IMG/VR virus record: IMGVR_UViG_3300032050_000075
Span: 1 to 64,000 of that record
Length of the DNA stretch: 64,000 bases
Reading direction: 5' to 3' (one strand)
Source of the DNA: a virus
Positions within the stretch are counted from its first letter, which is position 1. Every line of letters starts with the position of its first letter. The translations under genes were made by a program, and so were the position numbers. The notes beneath the pieces were generated by a model. The model was not told the DNA's origin. It ran no database searches and was given only the letters and a program-made list of their open reading frames with translations. Positions 58,317-64,000 of the stretch are shown here, piece by piece.

Positions 58317-58981
58317 TATCTAAGAACGTTTTGTTTATCAGAAATAAAAGTATCCTGAGGTATTTGAGCAGACTTCATAAAGTCATTTACAACTTGCTGC
58401 TCTATTTCTGCAAATAATTCTGGTGGAATATTCATAGCCTGATCTTGTATTGCAGTACATGGATCATCGCAAGTATATCCTGATAGGTCACTATCAAAGA
58501 TACCTTCAACCAACACAGAATCCCATTCAATACCTGGAATATAAATGTATCCATCCATAAACCAGTAGTACTTATTCTTATTGTATTTAAACGCACTAGT
58601 CTTGGTCATACTAGTATATAGTGCTGGAGTTGTTCTATACACCTCTATAGAGTTATCCACAGAACTTACAGAACGTAGCAACGGTCCCTGTATTCCTTCC
58701 ATTACACCAGGTAGTTTTTCTCTGGTTCTCATTATCTTACAACCAGAAGACACATTGCAACAGGCCTCAACCTTATCTACCTCAATTAGTTCAATGCATG
58801 GTAGTTTTCTAAACAGGCTTCCAAACTTTGCTCTTGTAGCAATGCCGTCCTGTCTTTTAATATACATCTTTGCATACTTCTGAATAAGGCTATAAATAAC
58901 CCTGTCTGTAACAAAGGCATCCATAGTTACAGCCTTGATTATATTTCTTACTCTTGATATTGATTCGCCTATAGTAGTCAT
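58316..58981 (-). CDS. tail tubular/ring protein
   Basis: LPCIELIEVD, RTREKLP, KYYWFMDGYIY and VEGIF motifs; crAss-like synteny. Confidence 0.7.
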   Translation of the reverse strand: MTTIGESISRVRNIIKAVTMDAFVTDRVIYSLIQKYAKMYIKRQDGIATRAKFGSLFRKLPCIELIEVDKVEACCNVSSGCKIMRTREKLPGVMEGIQGPLLRSVSSVDNSIEVYRTTPALYTSMTKTSAFKYNKNKYYWFMDGYIYIPGIEWDSVLVEGIFDSDLSGYTCDDPCTAIQDQAMNIPPELFAEIEQQVVNDFMKSAQIPQDTFISDKQNVLR

Positions 58982-59565
58982 TAGTCTATATCAAATTCGT
59001 TATACTCATTAAATTGCTTTTCCCGTATAGTATCAAAATAATCTTTTTGTCTCATCTTTTTATACATTTTTGATACTTTCGTAGTATTATCAATTACAAG
59101 ATATTTTCTCCAGTCTTCCTTAAATGATTTTGTCACTGCTCTTTTAAAGTACCTTGCGCCATTAAAGGCCCATATACTTCTATCCCGTAATTTATATTTT
59201 GCACTGTAGTTACTGTAGAATATCTTCCCTAGATAACCATCAGTGTCATAGTTCTTATGCGTAACGGCCATACCGTATTTAATTGATTTACCATAATCTA
59301 TGTTATCTTTTTTAACATATGGACAGGCACCAATAAATACGTATCCTAATCCTTCAGGTAGCTCTACACCATCTCTATTATCTATAATTGCTTCCCAAAG
59401 AAAACCGTTAAACTTCCTTACAATATCTTTTATATCTTTTTTCTGATACTTGGATAGTTCAGGATGTCTAGAACAAAACTCCTCCATATAGTCATCAGTT
59501 ATTATATTCTTTTTCTTGACTCTATATCTAGGGGCTGATAAATCTGGTTTTCTAAACTCGCGCAT
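58981..59565 (-). CDS. IHF/HU-like DNA-binding protein
   Basis: Helical N-part followed by GVELPEGLGYVFI (HU/IHF-like); located at the head of the tail genes as in crAss-like phages. Confidence 0.6.
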   Translation of the reverse strand: MREFRKPDLSAPRYRVKKKNIITDDYMEEFCSRHPELSKYQKKDIKDIVRKFNGFLWEAIIDNRDGVELPEGLGYVFIGACPYVKKDNIDYGKSIKYGMAVTHKNYDTDGYLGKIFYSNYSAKYKLRDRSIWAFNGARYFKRAVTKSFKEDWRKYLVIDNTTKVSKMYKKMRQKDYFDTIREKQFNEYNEFDID

Positions 59566-59615
59566 AGTACAGTTATAATTTACAAAATATTACTTAAACT
59601 TGTGTATACTAGGTT

Positions 59616-59623
59616 CAAATATA
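59616..59623 (-). promoter_or_regulatory. Bacteroidota -7 promoter element TATATTTG
   Basis: TAnnTTTG immediately downstream of a terminator, 50 nt before ATG59565. Confidence 0.4.
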
Positions 59624-59660
59624 AGTAAAATACCCCTAAGTCATTACCTAGGGGTATTTA
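59624..59660 (-). terminator. intrinsic terminator
   Basis: Arms AAATACCCCTA (59628-59638) and TAGGGGTATTT (59649-59659); - strand RNA ends ...GGGGUAUUUUACUU. Confidence 0.75.
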
Positions 59661-59690
59661 AGGAGTCACACAAAAACCAACAAATGTGGA

Positions 59691-60401
59691 CTAATCATTC
59701 GGTATACAGTCTCCTACTTCAGTTATACTGAGTATAAAGTCATTGTCTGTTTTATTTACTGGCCAAACACTATTCTCAGCAGCACATACTGTGACACCAA
59801 CTGGATCATCAGATACAGAAATAACATCAATTGTTTGATTGCAGTCTGTGTAATAAATATCAATTGGACTAATTACAGTTACTTGGTATAACTTACATAC
59901 ACAACAAGATGTCTCAGCAAACGTAATTGAATATCCAGCCCCAATAGGTCCATCACCACCAGAACATACACTTATATAAGTAACGGAACCAGGATCAGAT
60001 CTTAATTCGTATTCTGTTCCATCATCCTCACCATTACAATCTGTAACAGTAAAGGTTCCACAGTCTGGATCTGAACATTCAACGAAATATGATGTACATG
60101 GTGTTGTCTCTGGGAATGGGGTAACAAATAATACCTTGTTCTGATTTGAATTTATATCAGAACAACATGGTTGTATATATCCTGTAACTGTAACAGCAAC
60201 ATCGCAAGTAGGCAAATCGGTGGGGATATCTACTAGGCAGTCTACATAATCTGAAAGTAGTATCTCAACCGTTTTTGCAGTGTTTATTACTGAAGGACTA
60301 TCATCTTGGTAGCAGCAATACTCAGCGCCTGTTGTTTTAAAACATATTCTATGACATCCAGAATACCTTGGAGTATATGTAACAACAATAGTTGGGATCA
60401 T
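59691..60401 (-). CDS. Cys-rich beta-rich putative structural protein
   Basis: ATG60401 follows the upstream stop by 2 nt; 236 aa with 19 Cys by manual count. Confidence 0.7.
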   Translation of the reverse strand: MIPTIVVTYTPRYSGCHRICFKTTGAEYCCYQDDSPSVINTAKTVEILLSDYVDCLVDIPTDLPTCDVAVTVTGYIQPCCSDINSNQNKVLFVTPFPETTPCTSYFVECSDPDCGTFTVTDCNGEDDGTEYELRSDPGSVTYISVCSGGDGPIGAGYSITFAETSCCVCKLYQVTVISPIDIYYTDCNQTIDVISVSDDPVGVTVCAAENSVWPVNKTDNDFILSITEVGDCIPND

Positions 60402-60403
60402 GA

Positions 60404-60682
60404 TTAAAGTGTGCTTTTTAAAATTGTAGCAGAATAGCATGAGGTACCAATACCGCAGAGTGTATTTACTCTAAACAAGTACTCGGTTCCTGATGTTAAA
60501 CTACCAACAATAGCAGAAGTAGTTGTTTGTTGAGGTAGTAAAGTATATGTAGTAACAAGCGGATTATTTACTTTATATTCAACTTGATACCCGGTTGCAT
60601 CTGTAACAGTACTCCAACTAAGTGTTACTGTTGTACTAGTTACATTAAGTGTAGTAACCGGAATTGTGGATAAACAAGGCAT
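60404..60682 (-). CDS. fibronectin type III domain protein
   Basis: VTLSW...YQVEYK...LTSGTEYLFRV is the FN3 signature. Confidence 0.85.
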   Translation of the reverse strand: MPCLSTIPVTTLNVTSTTVTLSWSTVTDATGYQVEYKVNNPLVTTYTLLPQQTTTSAIVGSLTSGTEYLFRVNTLCGIGTSCYSATILKSTL

Positions 60683-60695
60683 ATTATTATATCAA

Positions 60696-63260
60696 TTAGA
60701 TTTGACAAATTTTTATGGTAGAACTAGAGTCTCTATATAAAGCATACTGTGGTACTCCTGCTCCACTAGCTGCAGTATCGTCAGCATATGGTCCAGGTAA
60801 GTTTTGTGGGAATCTAATTGTTTGACCTGTACCAACGGAAACCATGGTAAGTTCTGTTCCAGATTCAACAACATTTATTTTAAATAATGCGTCCCTTGTT
60901 GCAGATGTTACATCAGTATACTCATAAGTAAGACTACCTGCGGCATTTGCATTGCCAGAATCGTCTTCTATAGTAACACTTAATCCAGTTCCAATACCTA
61001 TAGCGGCAGTACCTGTTGTAAGTTTTACAAATCGTAATGCAGTCTCAATAGTATTAGTACTTTGATTTCTTGTAAGTGATGCTGCTATATTTCCAGATGA
61101 GGTTGCTTGTAAAGCAATTCCGGATGTTGATGTTGCAACAACACCAGCACCTGAGTTTGATATACCTTGAACTGCAGTACCACTACCTGCATTACCATAC
61201 ACAGAAACAGTACTTACTGCACTAGAGGAAGCATATATTGCAGAACCACTAGTTCCATTTGTTGATACCCTTAATGCTGTAGAATTTGTAGTACCTGCTG
61301 TATTATCAATTGTTAATACAGATGCACCTGAACCGTTCTGTATACCAGATAATGTAATGTCATATGGGCCAGTATTGATAAACCTGTTTCCAGTTAAATC
61401 AGCACCAGCTGATAATGTTGAATAACCTAATTCAACCTGACCAGGTGTTGCACCAATTGATAAACCTTCGGCTGCACTAACAGTAATACCTGACGCTGGT
61501 TCTGTAATTACATTTCCAGAAGCATCAAATCCTAATAGACCAACAGCAGTTCCTGCAAATGATGATGTTGCAGTATATTTATTTAGTACAAGCTGACCAG
61601 TTCCAAGTAATTCTAAATTACTTACAGGGTTAATATCACCTGTATTTTTAGTTGAGAGTGTTAACTTAGTTGCACCTGTCCCAGTTGTAACATCGGTATA
61701 AGATGATGTAATAAAACTAGAGTACTGTAAACCTCCAGAAGCAACAAGATCGTTTAGAGTAAATGATAATTGAGCACCATATCCAACTATTGGAAGTGAT
61801 GACAAATATGGTGACCTGATACTTAATACTTCCCTTACTCCACCTGTATCATTAACTGTAGATATGTATGAAGGTCCACCGGTTTGTTGCGCTTCAAATG
61901 CAACAGTTTGTGAATCAATTAAAATACCTGTACCATTAGCAGTAATATCAATTGCTCTACCTAAGGAGTCACCAGACAACTGGTTAATTTTAATTACTGT
62001 ACTGCTATTATTACTATTTTCAAGTTGAAGTACTTCTCCGGCTCCGGTTGATGCAGTTAGGTTTAAAAAGAATCCAGCAGTATCGATATATCTATCCTGA
62101 GTAAATGTTGCTGGTGTAGCTAATGTACCGCCTAGCAATGTTTCATTTGGATTTAAAGGATTGATTGTCAAACCTTCTGCTGCAGAAATTGAAGCAATAA
62201 CGGGTTCCCATTCTGCTTCACCTGTAAGTGCTTTCAGGGTAAGTACTTGATTTACAAGTGCAGTACCAGCATCAATTTTAGGAGTATGTATAATAATTTC
62301 ATTATCAGAAGTCCCTTCATTAACCTCAAGCCAAGCATCCCCATAAGGAGAAGATACATACATTGCACTGTATAAACTGCCGATTTCTAGACCTGTAGAT
62401 TCAATAGCACTTGCAGAATCTGTATATACAAGTGATGCAATATTCTGGGCAATATTCAGCTCAGTTTTATCTGTTGCAAACTCAGTTTTAATATTAGTAT
62501 TTACACTTGCAGAACTAGAAAAACTATCTAAATCATCTAGCGCAAGACTATATGCATTAGAGTCACCGTCAATTGTAGTATTCTGAAGCAGTGTACCTCC
62601 GAGCCATACTTCCTCATCATTTAATGGATTTTTACTAAGTCCATTATCTGCAGAAATAACCACATTTATATCTGTATCTAGGATACCTCCGGCAAAAGAA
62701 AGATTAGGACCAATAGTTACATTAGTAAATTTACCAGCACCATCCCCCATTAATACAGATGAACCCGTAGTAAGTGTAGGAATATCATCAATTACTAATG
62801 CTCTAAACTGTGGTGTATCATCAGGTCCAGAAACAGGCCCTGCAAATACAGTATTAGATGGCTGATCCTCTAATGCAAGAGTCAAATTTCCACCAGGCGT
62901 AGTTACAGGAACAATAGGAGTAACAAAGATATTTGTTGGAACATCAACACCTACTTCTACAATACCGCCACCAGCAAATGGTAATTCATTTCCGATACCT
63001 ACACCAAAACCTCCAGCATATTCAACACAAAGAGGATTTGTAAGAATCATCGCAATTCTTTGTAGAATACTATCTAATGTTTCTCCTGGTTGAATACCAA
63101 GATCATTAATACCATCAGAAAGTACAATACATGCCGCACTCATATATTCTGAGCATCTTGGTGGACATGCTGGTAAACATGTTGTTACAACAGGAGTTGT
63201 ATAAGCGGTATCTTTACAGCCGCATACTTTACTTCCACTTGCACATTTTTTACAACTCAT
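60696..63260 (-). CDS. tail fibre/spike-like protein with Cys-rich N-terminus
   Basis: 854 aa, G/S/T-rich; three (I/V)SAxxGL...LG units; segment NTVFAGP.SG...PQFRALV. Confidence 0.65.
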   Translation of the reverse strand: MSCKKCASGSKVCGCKDTAYTTPVVTTCLPACPPRCSEYMSAACIVLSDGINDLGIQPGETLDSILQRIAMILTNPLCVEYAGGFGVGIGNELPFAGGGIVEVGVDVPTNIFVTPIVPVTTPGGNLTLALEDQPSNTVFAGPVSGPDDTPQFRALVIDDIPTLTTGSSVLMGDGAGKFTNVTIGPNLSFAGGILDTDINVVISADNGLSKNPLNDEEVWLGGTLLQNTTIDGDSNAYSLALDDLDSFSSSASVNTNIKTEFATDKTELNIAQNIASLVYTDSASAIESTGLEIGSLYSAMYVSSPYGDAWLEVNEGTSDNEIIIHTPKIDAGTALVNQVLTLKALTGEAEWEPVIASISAAEGLTINPLNPNETLLGGTLATPATFTQDRYIDTAGFFLNLTASTGAGEVLQLENSNNSSTVIKINQLSGDSLGRAIDITANGTGILIDSQTVAFEAQQTGGPSYISTVNDTGGVREVLSIRSPYLSSLPIVGYGAQLSFTLNDLVASGGLQYSSFITSSYTDVTTGTGATKLTLSTKNTGDINPVSNLELLGTGQLVLNKYTATSSFAGTAVGLLGFDASGNVITEPASGITVSAAEGLSIGATPGQVELGYSTLSAGADLTGNRFINTGPYDITLSGIQNGSGASVLTIDNTAGTTNSTALRVSTNGTSGSAIYASSSAVSTVSVYGNAGSGTAVQGISNSGAGVVATSTSGIALQATSSGNIAASLTRNQSTNTIETALRFVKLTTGTAAIGIGTGLSVTIEDDSGNANAAGSLTYEYTDVTSATRDALFKINVVESGTELTMVSVGTGQTIRFPQNLPGPYADDTAASGAGVPQYALYRDSSSTIKICQI

Positions 63261-63273
63261 TTATTTAATTTTT

Positions 63274-64000
63274 TTAGTTCGGAACTCGGATTATATCAGT
63301 TTCACAAGAAATCTCCTTAAGACCATACTGAGCACTTGATTGCTGTGACACAACTTTTACTTTATATCTGTTATTTACAGAGTATAAACCCGGAAACACA
63401 TATGTTCGTGCTCCGCCATTATATGTAACTTGGTCAGTAAATATTACCGATCCCCATGCATCATTAGGGACATATTCATATAACGAGATATTGTAAGTTG
63501 TATCTGCACTTGCAGCATTCCAGGTTAAAGTAAGTCCGCCACTAACATTAGGATTAACATTAGTACCTATCAATGCAAAGGACCTATCCTGACACCAGTT
63601 CTCATTATAGAATTCATACTGAGCATTATTATTACAAGTTAAACCAGTATCTGTAGTTACTTGCAGATTTGCTCCAATAGCATACCATACTGACTGTGCA
63701 AGAACAGGACCGATTGCGTTACCAGATATATCAACTGAGAATACTGCACCAGAGTTAATGCTAGTAACTATATCTGGATTAAAAGCAACACCAGTGTGAC
63801 CAAAAGCATCAATAATGGCAAATGGTTGTGGTGTGCCAGCGCCACCAGCAATAGTAAATTCAGCTGGAACATCACCTGAAAAATAAATATCTATAAATCT
63901 TCCTGCCCTTACTCCTGACGCTGTAAGACCAAAATCTACATCACTGCAGTTAGGTCCACAACATGAAAGGTTAGCTGCTTGAAGTGTAATTAGTGCTTCC
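63274..64000 (-). CDS. 5'-truncated structural protein with C-terminal FN3/Ig-like domain
   Basis: The frame is open from 63999 to the stop at 63274 by manual translation, so the ORF-track start at 63573 is internal. LTLTW...YNISLY...YKVKV. Confidence 0.75.
   Translation of the reverse strand, partial: EALITLQAANLSCCGPNCSDVDFGLTASGVRAGRFIDIYFSGDVPAEFTIAGGAGTPQPFAIIDAFGHTGVAFNPDIVTSINSGAVFSVDISGNAIGPVLAQSVWYAIGANLQVTTDTGLTCNNNAQYEFYNENWCQDRSFALIGTNVNPNVSGGLTLTWNAASADTTYNISLYEYVPNDAWGSVIFTDQVTYNGGARTYVFPGLYSVNNRYKVKVVSQQSSAQYGLKEISCETDIIRVPN

Noticed and set aside
22780-58883. Many 60-190 aa + strand ORFs inside the large - strand genes, and - strand ORFs inside the + arm
   Set aside because: They are antisense shadows of long coding frames, with Ser/Leu/Ile/Phe-rich composition and no motifs.
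1-64000. Stop-codon reassignment (TAG/TGA recoding known in some crAss-like phages)
   Set aside because: Very long ORFs are intact in the standard code, and TAG and TGA terminate genes at sensible, coupled boundaries.
1-64000. tRNA or rRNA genes, integrase, transposase
   Set aside because: No intergenic gap shows a cloverleaf and no ORF shows recombinase or transposase motifs. A tRNAscan/Infernal run would be needed to exclude small RNAs formally.

Overview
This window is 64 kb of an AT-rich, densely coding dsDNA phage genome with the layout of a crAss-like (Crassvirales-related) virus, read in the standard genetic code. A Bacteroidota host, possibly Flavobacteriia, is inferred from TAnnTTTG promoter elements and a Q-rule signal peptide. 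The + strand (1 to ~22.1 kb) carries small early-type genes, then a replication/repair block: spore-photoproduct-lyase-like radical SAM enzyme, NinB-like protein, uracil-DNA glycosylase, DnaB-like helicase, AAA_24 ATPase, primase, GIY-YIG-like nuclease, HExxH-VWA/MoxR pair, PD-(D/E)XK nuclease, family B DNA polymerase and a MazG-like NTP pyrophosphatase. The - strand (~22.1 to 64 kb) carries a convergent virion module: large cargo/ejection proteins including a 3335-aa virion RNA polymerase (DFDID motif), tail stabilization and ring proteins, a free-standing GIY-YIG homing endonuclease, an IHF-like protein and Cys-rich/FN3 fibre-like proteins. The least explained signals are: (i) a tandem pair of TGTAGG-N6-CCTACATTA palindromes at the 3' end of a lone antisense gene that has its own host-type promoter; (ii) a repeated GGAGGTGACRAATGA junction delimiting early mini-genes; (iii) a recurrent x-x-x-G-G motif across three adjacent virion proteins, next to two virion HExxH domains; (iv) a late 3' UTR complementary to start regions of + strand genes. 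No tRNA, rRNA, CRISPR array, integrase, intron or intein was recognised. All family calls come from motif recognition by eye, not database searches.
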